A stretch of DNA of 64,000 bases from NCBI GenBank assembly GCA_001662655.1, contig KV460268.1; one strand, written 5' to 3'. The notes beneath the pieces were generated by a model. That model worked only from the letters and a program-made list of their open reading frames with translations. It searched no databases and was not told where the DNA came from. This DNA is from Pseudogymnoascus verrucosus. Taxonomy: Eukaryota. The position numbers were made by a program, and so were the translations under genes. Below are positions 51,991-63,400 of the stretch, one piece after another (position 1 is the stretch's first letter; each line of letters opens with the position of its first letter).

Positions 51991-52396
51991 TAGAAGGGGT
52001 GTAATGTTACAAATAAATAGAAATAGAAATAGAGGCAACTTATTGATAGGGCATATATCTGCAGCAGCAGCAGCAAACAAACATCACTCCCTACAAGTCT
52101 CGGGCATTTCCGGCTCACTCATGCGTCACGGGAAGTCTGCAGTAGCACAAGCTAAAACTAAACGCAAGGGGTCAAAAAATCTCCATTTCGGCGACCTCAT
52201 TCAATCACCAAACGGATGCCTCCTGACCCTCATCCCTATGAGCATACAAAGAGTTCCAGTAGTTACCTGCTATAATTCACACAGCCATGTAGAAGTATAT
52301 TGCCCTGCGCCCCTTCCTTCCCTGTCCCCCTTCCCAAAGCAAGCACCTCCCAGCGTACATCATACAAAGCGTTTGATGCCCCTCTCGATCGATAAT

Positions 52397-54957
52397 CTAT
52401 ACATCGTCCTCGAGGAACTTATACGCGAATTTAAAATCTGCTTTCCGGCGGTTCATCCTAGAGAGGGGTTATGTTAGCTGCCGTTCTTGTGGCAAGTGCG
52501 CGTCTGTGCGTGGAACAACGATGTGAGATGGGCCTCCGGTTTGGGGAAAGGAAAGAGCTGCTTGTATCCGGGAGTTCCAAAGGGGGTTCCAAAGAGATAT
52601 GCAGGGATCCGAAAGACATCGGAGTTGACTTTTTGTAACCATCCAGTACTAACTGAATGCCCGAAAGGCCAGTTCCCGATGAAACTTCATTATATGCACA
52701 GGGCTCCAGGGTCCCAGCAGAGAGCATTGATTGAGGCACGCTAAACGACACAGGCCAAAATAACGTTCCGTTCTCGTGCTGTTGTAAATCCCTTGTACGA
52801 CGCAAAACGAGGCACTAGCAAATATACCGTATGGTTTTCTGAAACTTTCCAGTGAGACACTAGTCTTCACCGTGGTATAGCAAGGTGCAGCTGATTAGGA
52901 ATTGCTGCGTTGCGCATGTCGCATGGGGGAAAGAGGATTCGCTGCTGGTTTCTCGACATGACCGTCATGCCGGACCCAAACACTTCTACATAACAACGGC
53001 ATACGCACCAGGTGCTTTCGTAATCGAAGAATCGATACGTTCCCTGCTCAAACTCCTCGGTGATTGTCTTGGGCTCCTCGTGTCGTTGGAACCACGTTTG
53101 GTACTGCTTGTGGAAGCGCCAGCTTTGATCCTTTAACGACTTTGCCGCTAGGTATTGTTGGTAGGTCCCTTGCTTGTAGTAGAAGACGTAGAACAGCGTA
53201 TCGGGGTCGATGCGAGAGTATAACCTTGGATCATCAAATATCGGTAACGGCTCTTGGGGGTAGTATGAAGGCGTGTTGAAGCGGTATTTGGGCTTGTAGT
53301 ATCGCGGTTGCTCGGCATCCAAACCGTCGGGGAACGAAGCATTGGAAGCGGCCAACATCCGTAGCGATGACGGCGAGGGTGTTATCGTCGCGCGCTTTTG
53401 TGTTACCTTGAAAGACTGGATGAGGTCCTGTAGATCAGACGGAAGGTGGAATATCGACTCGTCCTGCTCCAACAGGCTCGCGCCAAGCACGTTCGTGGGT
53501 CCTTTGGGAAGGCCTGCCTCTGACACATCTGCGGCGGCTCCCTTGTCTGCAGCGCGTGACGCTCTACCGGACTTTGCACTCTCGACCTTGCTTGTAGCCG
53601 GCGTCGGTGGGATACTGCCCGCAGCTTGCGAACTGGGCGCCGGGGATTTGCTCTGCCGCGAAACGGATCGTGCCTCGTGAGCAAGTGTCGTTACGGGTAT
53701 GCTTGGTCTCTGGGCGGGTGTATGAGCAGCACTAGCAGGTTGTGAAGGTGCTGCGATTGGAGATTCCTTTGCGACATGTGACGCCGGTAGAGATGCGAGA
53801 GGAGTGTTGGAGGTAGACGGTGGAGTTGCCCCCGGTGGCGGTGGTAAAGGTGCGATTCCCACAGTATTCGCTGCGGCGGCGGCTGCGGATGCATACTTTA
53901 ACGTCTCTCCCGGCGGCCTCGTCGGCACCGTGGCTGGCTTCATGGCCCCGGTCGCCGATCCATTTGTCAGATTTGAAAGTGGACTATGCAATGTCGCCAA
54001 AGCAGGGAGTGGACTTCGCAATTGCGTCGACGGTCGCCTCGCAGCTGCAAGCGGAGGTTCCGGCGCTGAAGGTTTTTGTTTCGAACTGGGTATGTGATCT
54101 GTCTTTGTATGTGACTCCGGCTCGTCTTGTATCGATTGTGTGTCTTGAGACGATACTCGGTCGTTGTCGTTGTTCATGCCATAGACATCCTCTTCCTCTT
54201 GTAGATTAAGCTCATCGTACATCTCATCATCCTCCATAAAGTCCTCGTTCATCCCGTCGGAGACGTAGTACTTGATGCTCTCCTCTAGATCGGTAACCTG
54301 GTCCGTCTCTACCGCACCGTTCTCTAACGAGCGTTTTATCAGTTCCAGCTTCCCTTGATGCCACTTATGTCGTTCTGTTATACGCTCAATTTCGGCCATT
54401 CGATCCGCCTTGCTGCTTTGGTTTTTTCCCTTCTTCATTGTCGCTTGTATCGATTCGCCTTCGGCTTCTAGGGTCTCTATTTGCCTCTCCAGCTCCTCGA
54501 CGGTGCCACTAAGGAATTCGCAGGCTTCCAGCTTCGCCCTCTCTTTCGGATCTAATTTCGCTGCCGCTGATAAACCCTCTTTCGAGTATGCCTTTGTCTT
54601 CATCGCCTTCTCGACCGCCTTGAACTTCTCCATTTGCTACGTGGCCGTCAGTACCCATTACGTCAATCCGCATGATGCCCATGTCTCTCGGGCTCAACCT
54701 ACGGTCTCGATAAGCTTCCTGTGATCTAGCAGCGGACCCTTGTCCTTGATATCATTGCTGGCCGCCCATGTCTTGATCTGATCTCTCAGCCGTTGCAGCT
54801 TCTTGATCTCGCGCTTGAGGTTGTCCTCGAGTTTCTCCTTTTGGGCGGCGTTGGTGGACTGCTCGATCTTCTCGTATATCGACTCGAACTCAGCGACCCC
54901 TTCCGACACTTTCTTGAAGCATTTATCCACTTCCTGCTGAAGTTTGCGTGCGGCCAT
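52397..54957 (-). CDS. NOT5: CCR4-NOT complex subunit Not3/Not5 (3 exons)
   Basis: [41 protein letters not shown] box [20 protein letters not shown]...[27 protein letters not shown]. Last intron 52458-53008. Confidence 0.96.
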
Positions 54958-55520
54958 GGTGAGTGTCTGGGGAGGGTTGTGGCGGTGGTGACCTGTTTAG
55001 TTGCTGTCGTGATCTCGGGGCTAGCTTTATTTGCCAATCCGAGCCCATATGTGGGACAATGATGAGGGTGAATTTGGTGCGACACGACAAGGATGCGTGT
55101 GACAAGGTGGTTTGGGGGGTTGTTGCCACTTTGATGTTGTTGATTCTTGCGGCTCTGTAATGCTGAAGTAGCGATACAGGACAAACGGGTTAAGGATGTC
55201 AAGCGTGGCGCGCCAAATGCCAAATACAGCCAAGGTCATGTCGCTTACTGTGGTAGGTTTACTCCAGCCTTGTGGGGTACATGACAGACACGATTGCCGG
55301 GATCAGAGAATTGTTGGTCTGGGGAGAAATGAACAACAGAACTATTTGTTGGACATATATTTATTTTTAAAAGCGAGTTTGAATTATTTCACGTTCATTG
55401 ATATATTGGTATTTGCCCATTATTTAGAGATCTCTTTTATGAATGGCGTGTTAGAGACTGTCGAATTTAGATTGGGTCAAAGTATCACCAGCAACTCCTC
55501 GTCTTAGTTGAGTCTCCAGG

Positions 55521-56165
55521 ATGAAAGGTAAGTGCTTTCAAGGTCCCAGGTTCCTCTCACGTGCTCATAATTTCTGTCAGCTATATTACAAAGGGTTATT
55601 TCTGCCTCTGTCACTGTTGACAAGCAAGTTGTTTCTTCTATTGGAAAGGGCATTCTGATTCTTGCTGCCGTTGCTCCAGGAGACACAGAGAAGGAAGTTG
55701 ATGCTCTAGCCGCCAAAGTTATCAAAATGAAGCTATGGGACGACGAAGAGATGGGTGGCAGATGGAAGCACAGTGTGCAAGATATATCTGGGGATGTCCT
55801 TTGCGGTATTTTACTATCCTCAGTCCCTGTTGTGTCTCTAGCTGATCTCTGAAGTCTCCCAATTTACACTCTTGGCAAACACAAAAAAGGGTTCAAAACC
55901 TGACTTCCATGGCGCAATGGGTGGGGAACAAGCTAAAGAACTCTACCAGCGGTTTGTGACGAAGGTAGGGGAGGGATATGACCCCGAAAAGGTTAAGGAC
56001 GGCGTATTCCAAGCTATGATGGAAGTGGCTTTGATCAATGATGGACCTGTAAGTAGAGTTGATTAGATGCTGAGCGTTGCTGACAAAATACAGGTTACCT
56101 TTGAAATGTCTGTCGAGCCTAAGCCTGTTGAGCATAAGAAGTCTGCTGAGCCTAAGAAGCCTTGA
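55521..56165 (+). CDS. DTD1: D-aminoacyl-tRNA deacylase (4 exons)
   Basis: MK|AILQRVISASVTVD, VSQFTL, KPDFHGA, GVFQAMMEVALINDGP|VT. Confidence 0.95.
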
Positions 56166-56553
56166 GGCATGCTCTGAAATCCGGATCCTATCTGTTTGTT
56201 TACATAGCATGGTTTTGGCGGCGTTCGCGTTGCATATAGACATCGGGCTCAGTAGAGATCAATAGCACATAGCCCCATCAAATAAGTCCAACTGCAACAA
56301 CAATTCATCGCAGTGTTTATGATCTTTATTCAGACATCTATTCTACAGTCGCAACATAGTGCTAAACTCCGTGGCCGCCGCCTCATGCTTCCCTTTATAT
56401 TGTACAGGATCAATGAAAATTCGAGTCCGCGTAGCCCTCTCACCACGCCCTGAGCACGAAACTTCTCCATGCCCCTTTTATCGACCCATCTCGCCCGAGC
56501 CGCGGAAACCTGCTTATTTATACATCCGTAGCAAATCCTCGTCGTCGGCCCCC

Positions 56554-57171
56554 TTATTCGTCGCGGTACGCAGCCTCTCTGCGCTTGACCCTATCCTCCC
56601 TGGCCATCCTCCTCTTCGGACCCCAGCGCTCCTTCACCGCCTCAAGCTTTGCCTTCTCGAGAGCAACCTTCTCGGCGGTTGCCTCGCAGCATATGCCGAT
56701 GAAAAGGGAGGTGCAGTTGAATTTTCTCGCCAGCTTCAGTCGCGTCCACGTCTCCGGATCCGACGATCTCAACCTTCTGATCTCAGCAACATCCTCTTGC
56801 GTGAGATGGTACCTCTGGTATCCCGCGTTTTGCTTCAGGATCGCCGGGGGGAGTTTGGCCTCTTCGTCGATGCCGAGTGTCGAATTTTTCGCAACGCTGT
56901 AGAGCTGTCGGCGTTTGTCCTCTTTAGGGAGAAACTTCAAGGGAGTGTGTAGGACCGAAGGAGCGGATGATGGCGGATTGAAGATGATGTGGTCGGTGGA
57001 AGGAGAGTCTTTCGAAAAGCCAAAGGAGGCGTCGGGCTTGACATTTAACTTCTTCTTCATCCGGCGATAGCTGGACTCATTGCGGCGACTCGATACAGTG
57101 CCAGAGAGGAGACATTGGCCTCGCCCCGCCAGGAGGTCAAATATGGGGCGGCGTAGTACCCGGAGATCCAT
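56554..57171 (-). CDS. MRPL20: Mitochondrial ribosomal protein L20 (mL58)
   Basis: Arg-rich presequence, HIIFNPPSSAPSVLHTPLKFLP, YHLTQEDVAEIRRLR..DP..WTR.KLARKFNC, RWGPKRRMAREDR. Confidence 0.88.
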   Translation of the reverse strand: MDLRVLRRPIFDLLAGRGQCLLSGTVSSRRNESSYRRMKKKLNVKPDASFGFSKDSPSTDHIIFNPPSSAPSVLHTPLKFLPKEDKRRQLYSVAKNSTLGIDEEAKLPPAILKQNAGYQRYHLTQEDVAEIRRLRSSDPETWTRLKLARKFNCTSLFIGICCEATAEKVALEKAKLEAVKERWGPKRRMAREDRVKRREAAYRDE

Positions 57172-57984
57172 TGTGTTGGTCTTGGATCGAGGTCGTCGTC
57201 GATGTGCTATATATTTCCCTTGGAGGATTTTGGGGACCTGTCAAATAATGTGGTCACGTGTGGTAATATAATATACGCTAGAGCTACTTTGGGGTTGGTG
57301 GCAATTCGTCTCTGATTGCCAGCTTCGCGCATCTAAGTTATTCCGGTGCCGAGTGATCTACCGAACGGAGTCAAGCACTTACTTAATACGGTTACGGTAC
57401 AGACCGACGACCCGAACGCACGGACCAGGCCGCATCACAAGATCAAGTCTCCTTTTGGCTGGTGGTTGGCTGGTGGGATGAATGCAGCTTGGGTGGCATC
57501 GACCATCTTGTCCAAGTTACAGTTCCGAGTACTGTCCTGGGTGTGTACATACCTTCAACTGACTGTTAAACCTGCCCAACACCATAAGATAGACACCATC
57601 CAGTCCATCTTTCCATCCAGCACACCTCTTTAATATCGATTCCCTATCCATATCCCCATACTCTTTCCCCCCAAGTATGACTTCATTGACTTGTTGAGGC
57701 ATCTCGTATTATTGTCTCTTGTCTCCCGCAGTCTCATCGAACACGGCGGCTCAGCTTGCTTCGCAGGTATCTACCCTGCTCCTCCCGTTATTTATCCACG
57801 GTTTCCCCGCGAGTCTCTTACGTCGTACCCAAGGGCGGCTATCCATTCATTCTACCCTGTGCCATTTGACTTAGGACCCTTTTCCCTGAACGAAGCACTT
57901 GTCACTGACTGCGTCGCAAGGTTCGATAGAACGCATTGAGGCCTTTATATAACTTCATGAGACCGCAATAACCGCAACAGTACA

Positions 57985-59091
57985 ATGGCTTCAACGGAAG
58001 TCCCTGGTGCCCAGGCTGGTGAGGATAAGCCGAATCAGCAAGCGACGAACACAAGCACGAATCCAGTACTCTATCTGGACGAAGCGCAGGATATATCTCC
58101 GATTACTTCACCAGAGTCGGCCGAATCTAGTGAGGAGGAGGGTGAAGACACACCGACTGGGAGTGAACCCAAGATAGCGAAGCGGCGGCTCTTTGGCTTT
58201 GGCAAGAAGAGGAAGGATGACAAGGGAAAGAGGAAGGATGTAGCCTCGAACGAGTCAAATACACCGAGATCTACTCCTGCGAATCTCACTTTCGTCCCCA
58301 CTACGCACCCATACATTTCACAATCACCAACAATCCGAAATCTACATTCGCCGTCCTCCAGAGTTGTTTCACCGGCCGGATCTCAAATCTTCGAACGTGA
58401 TGTACAGGAAGCTGCCTCACAAGTGCCGAACTCGCCAGCAATTCCAGCCCATATACAGACCGAAGATCACATTCCTGCAGTACTAGATGCCTCCTCGGAA
58501 GCCATTACAGACAATGCGCTAGACCCAGACACGGTTGAAATCATAATGCACTCGTCGCACCAGCCAGCCGCAAAGAATGTAACAGGGATCGGTGGCAGCG
58601 AGGCTGCTGGCACGAACTGGTCAGAAGACTTGCTGGCACACCCTGATAAGGACGATGCGGCGTCGAATTATGGTGCGTTGGATAGCGCAGACGTGAGGCG
58701 TCTGAGCTTCATCTCCTTTGCAGACGTTGTGCAATCAGAGCAAACCGAACACATGAACAACAGGGACCCGATACATATTGCAGGCCTTACCACGTTATCG
58801 TCCGGGCATCGCTCGCCCTCGCCAATTAGATCCACGGTATCGTCGCAGGGGGTGGGAACTTCACCGCCAACCAGCAAGTCTGCATCTATCAAGGGCCTTG
58901 ACCTATCACCCACCCGCGCCGGGAAGCCGCTGGCGAGTCCTACCTTGAGCTTCCCTTCACCGACAACAGGCTCGGAGCTGACGATTGAATCCATGAGCCA
59001 GGCGTTGAGGAAGACGGCGAGCGGCGATTTGACTGGGACACGTAGCCAGCCCTTGAGCCCTATTAGTAGTATTGAGCCTCGATTTCCATAG
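57985..59091 (+). CDS. Conserved-looking fungal hypothetical protein, Ser/Pro-rich
   Basis: 368-aa ORF with islands SQIFERDVQE, EDHIPAVLDASSEAITD, RRLSFISFADVVQSE, ESMSQALRKT. Confidence 0.75.
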   Translation: MASTEVPGAQAGEDKPNQQATNTSTNPVLYLDEAQDISPITSPESAESSEEEGEDTPTGSEPKIAKRRLFGFGKKRKDDKGKRKDVASNESNTPRSTPANLTFVPTTHPYISQSPTIRNLHSPSSRVVSPAGSQIFERDVQEAASQVPNSPAIPAHIQTEDHIPAVLDASSEAITDNALDPDTVEIIMHSSHQPAAKNVTGIGGSEAAGTNWSEDLLAHPDKDDAASNYGALDSADVRRLSFISFADVVQSEQTEHMNNRDPIHIAGLTTLSSGHRSPSPIRSTVSSQGVGTSPPTSKSASIKGLDLSPTRAGKPLASPTLSFPSPTTGSELTIESMSQALRKTASGDLTGTRSQPLSPISSIEPRFP

Positions 59092-60487
59092 CTTCCTTTG
59101 GATACTTTTTGAGAGAGACAACTTGGGGAGTTTTTGGATATTTTGCTTCGGATTGGCGAGCCGTACTTGGCAATGGTAGGACGGTTTGTTGCTTATAGCC
59201 TTGACCTTTTTATTTTCAACCCTGCGGAGATATACCTGGGTGGCACTTGAACACTTGATACATTTGAGGGACATGGAGTCTGGCAAGTTCGTTTCTGGCA
59301 AATGAATTATGATTGTCTGGCACAACACACAGCAGCCTTGTGGGGCAGCGGTGACACGCGAAATGGGAATTTGACCATCTATAATAAATCCTTTCTTTGT
59401 GAATTTCCCTAGTAAAATTATATCAGATTCCAGTCAGATTCTAGTCAGCTTTCCAGTTCCTGTTCATGTCCGGCAGTGGGTCAGTGTATATCGAATGTTT
59501 CAATAATAAAACAATAAAATAAGATGCGTCTGATTAGCACAGGGCCTTGCTCAATTTCTCCGCACCCGATCCTACCTTATCCTAGACCGTATGACGATAA
59601 TAGATATATGCTCGGTGAGCGCGCTTCTTTGCATGTGTAATGTACCTGTGTCCAAAATTGATTCGAGGAGCTTGCATATACTTTAAACATATCCAAGATG
59701 GTAATTTTATGATTTTATTAGAGTGCGATGCGACATAAATATTGGAGTCGGTGTGTCTTAGTTTAGATGGTTTAGTCTCAGTGATGTACATATATGCGCC
59801 GTCCAGAACATACACACGTTAAACCTATCCTATGTGTCGTGCCGACGACAGCTCCGCACTTTGTTCCCTATTAACCGTTTTAGTCAAGACGCTACTATTG
59901 AACACATCAACGCCGCAATAATACTCTACGATTTCATGAGACGACGACCATTTACACTTACAAAGTCATACGCTGGAATCCTTTAACAGACTGAACATAT
60001 CTCACTATCCATTGCAAGGCCAGGAAGCCCGTTCCTGCGCACTATCACCTGCGACTCAACTTATATGCATGGTAGCTTCCCCATGATCGCGAGACGTCAA
60101 GCACCCGCTCATGCTCAGGTATGATGACGAGCTCCTTACAATTGCGACACGATCAGGGAAGACAGAAGGCACTGCTGCCACAGGGCGACTGGTTATAACG
60201 AACCATACACACCGTCCTACTCTTTGTTGCAAATTTTTTTTTGGCAAGAGGGTTCATTGTAAGTTACCCCAGATTACCAATTGACCCCGCGCACCTCGGT
60301 GACATTTCAACTGATCAACCACAGACACACCGCGCAACCACCGCGCCCACGTTTCCGTGGCCATTGCCACTCCTACAATACCCATTAGGCGCACACTGCT
60401 ACACCAGTACACATGAACGCCCGCTAGCCTGACCAGCTCCCACCCCCCCGACAAAGACTGCGCACGCAGCGCATCCTATATCTGGCT

Positions 60488-63400
60488 ATGGACAAGGCGG
60501 CCCAGCAGCACGACGGCCCAGCAGCAGGCAGCACCGTGCCACCACTGGCGCCGAAACTCGGAGCGAACCTAATACTACTACAACACGAGCAGGAGGCCGG
60601 GACCGCGTCCGCCGCTTCGGAGGCGCCGCCGCCGCAGCGACGCAAAGATGACAGCATCAGGGTGGTTACGCCAGAACCGACACACACGCCCGCCGGTGGA
60701 ACAGGGGCAGGGGCGCCTGACGTGGACGTGGCGTCACAGGCATCGCCGCGCTCGATACGGGGATTGGAGAAGCCGTGGGAGAGACGCCGGGGGCTAGTCT
60801 TTGAGGATGCGTTTGAGACGGGTGAATCAGGCGGGCTGCAGCATACCACATCGAATGAGAGCGATGTAGACGATGTGTCGAATCTGCCAAGGACGAGGCC
60901 GAGGAACCGGACGATTGATGGGGCGCAGCAGCAGAGGCGACCGTCGGGGCAGCTGCCGCTGAGGAGACATCGAACTGGGTCGACCTACTCGGGATTGGGC
61001 AGCTCGGACGAAAATATACCGAAAGAGGACCCGAAATATCTAGCGCACCCTTCGACTGCGTTCCGCTCTGCTCAGTCGCAACGAGCTGACTCGGTTAAGA
61101 AGAAACCTCCGGTGGCGGCAGGGAGGTTGTATAGACAGTCGAATGCGAGTTCGCGGTCAGGATCTCCGATTCCATTTCCGGCATATGTCGATACGCTGCC
61201 TGTGCCGATCGCTACTCGCGATGCTATCAAGGTTCTCAAACTCATGAATGGTCTCAATGGGCGCATGAAGGGAGAGGTCGAATACCAGACCTCGGGGCAT
61301 GGTTCATGGGCTGGGGGAGTTTGTTATATTGACGATAAGGGGACTTTTCTATTTGAGGGTACTGAGAGTGGGCCTAATCACCAGACTATTGTCCCAGACC
61401 TGAGGGGGTGCCGAGTGAAGCCACCCATAGAAGAAAACGAGGAAAATATCCTGGACGTTAGCATCGCGTCTGGAATGCGGCTACGGCTGCGGCCACTTGA
61501 TACCTCGCAGTATGAATATTGGCTGGCAGCATTATTATCGTGGCAACAGAACCAAGACGGATCAAGCGCCTCCAGTTCTGAGGCAGGGGAATTGAGATCG
61601 GTTAGTCGGCGGCCCAGCTTCAGCCAGGCTAAGGACATAAATATCATCAAGGTTGGAAGGGTGTACTTGTGGGATAAAGGCACGTCTCAGGCAGCTGCTG
61701 GAGGTCGTCAACGCGCTGATCGAGCGTGGCGGCAAGTCTCGTGCATATTGCAAGATAATGGAGAGTTGAAGCTCATGACGGAGAATGACGTCTCACTACT
61801 GGCTACGATTCAGTTATCACAGTTGTCAAGATGCGGCATTCAGGAGCTGGATAAGACGGTTTTGAACCAAGAATACTGCGTTGCGATTCTCCCTCAGTAC
61901 ACGGCGGCAGCGACCTCAATATCTATTGTGTCGCCGGTATTTATTTCCCTGGAATCTCGGGTACTCTTCGAAGTGTGGTATGTCCTGCTACGGACGTTTA
62001 CTGTGCCGGATATGTACGGGTCTCAAATTTCCGCAGATGGCTCAGATGATCCAGACTCCCTCGTCATCCCTACACCAGATGACCTCTTTCGAATTGAAAA
62101 AACCCTCTCTATCCGGACCGTCGAGGCCAAACTACGACCAACGGGCAAGAAACCCGAGCAACCCGTGGACGGGCGGCGGGGACATAAAGCCGAGCCCGAC
62201 CCATCTGTGGGAGATTACTTTGCAGAAGTTGTTCTTGACGGAGAAGTTCGTTCAAGGACGACGACAAAGTTTGGGACGAACAAACCTTTCTGGCGCGAAG
62301 AGAGCGAGTTTGGCGGGCTGCCTGCTGCGCTCCCGGAGATTTCGATTGCTCTCAAGAGGATGAAATCGAAGCCTCAGCCTCATCCTCAGGTTCATGGGTC
62401 GAAATCTTCTGTTAGCGTTCACACCCCGGAAATTGTATGGGAAGTCCTATGCGGCATCGTCCACATACGCATGGATCAACTGGATCGCGGCAAGGATGTG
62501 GAGAATTGGTGGCCGGTATTGAATGAGAAGAAGGAAGCAATTGGCGAGATGCTGATACGGGTGCGCCATGACGAGCTCGTTGTGTTACTGTTGAAGGAGT
62601 ACAAGGCTCTATCGGATCTCTTGCATAAGTTTACCTTGGGATTGACGCTGCAGATGTCCCAATATGTGCCATCCAAGCTCCGCTTCCTGGCAGAGACATT
62701 GTTGGACGTGTTCCAAGTCTCTGGGCAGGCTCAGCAGTGGCTGGTATCTTTGGTCGAGGACGAGATTGACGGCATCAGCAAAGAAACGCCGGTTCAGCGC
62801 TTACGGTTCAGTCGACGCATGGGCTCGAACGATTCATTTGATTCAGTCAGCGACAGAGAGGTCCAACTCCGTGACATGAACAAGTCCCTCACAGGCGAAG
62901 CCAATCTCCTCTTCCGCGGCAACTCCCTCCTCACCCAAGCATTAGACTTCCACATGCGCCGTCTCGGGAAAGAATACCTCGAAGACCTCCTCGGCGACAA
63001 AGTCCGCGAAATCAACGCCATGAACCCAGACTGCGAAGTCGATCCCTCCCGCGTCGGAGCCAGCGAAGACCTAAGCAGGAACTGGGCCACCCTCAACGCG
63101 CTCACCAGCGATATCTGGGCCCACATCTCCGCCTCGCACAACCAATGTCCCGCGGAACTGCGACAGATCCTAAAGTACGTCCGCACCGTCGCCGAGGACC
63201 GATACGGCAACTTCCTCCGCACCGCACCTTACACCTCTGTCTCGGGCTTCCTCTTCCTCCGCTTCTTCTGCCCCTCCCTCTTGAACCCTAAACTCTTTGG
63301 CCTCCTGCGCGACCACCCCCACCCGCGCGCCCAACGCACCCTAACACTCATCGCCAAATCCCTCCAGGTCCTCGCCAACCTCTCCACCTTCGGGCAGAAG

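Noticed and set aside
52650..52690. CTGA...GAAA with short stems, hammerhead-like
   Set aside because: Lacks the CUGANGA core and the three-stem junction.
52831..52902. AUUCCUA and AAACCAU heptamers in the NOT5 intron, resembling snR30/U17 m1 and m2 motifs
   Set aside because: They are not on opposite sides of one terminal hairpin and no ACA follows m2 at the expected distance, so no snR30 call is made.
52867..53008. ORF-track C-terminus of Not5 ([10 protein letters not shown]...)
   Set aside because: This is read-through into the intron; the conserved terminal exon is at 52397-52457.
56359..56952. Long antisense ORFs (also 10710-11411, 19041-19670, 46628-47209, 63341-63874)
   Set aside because: They are shadows of real genes on the opposite strand, caused by codon bias.
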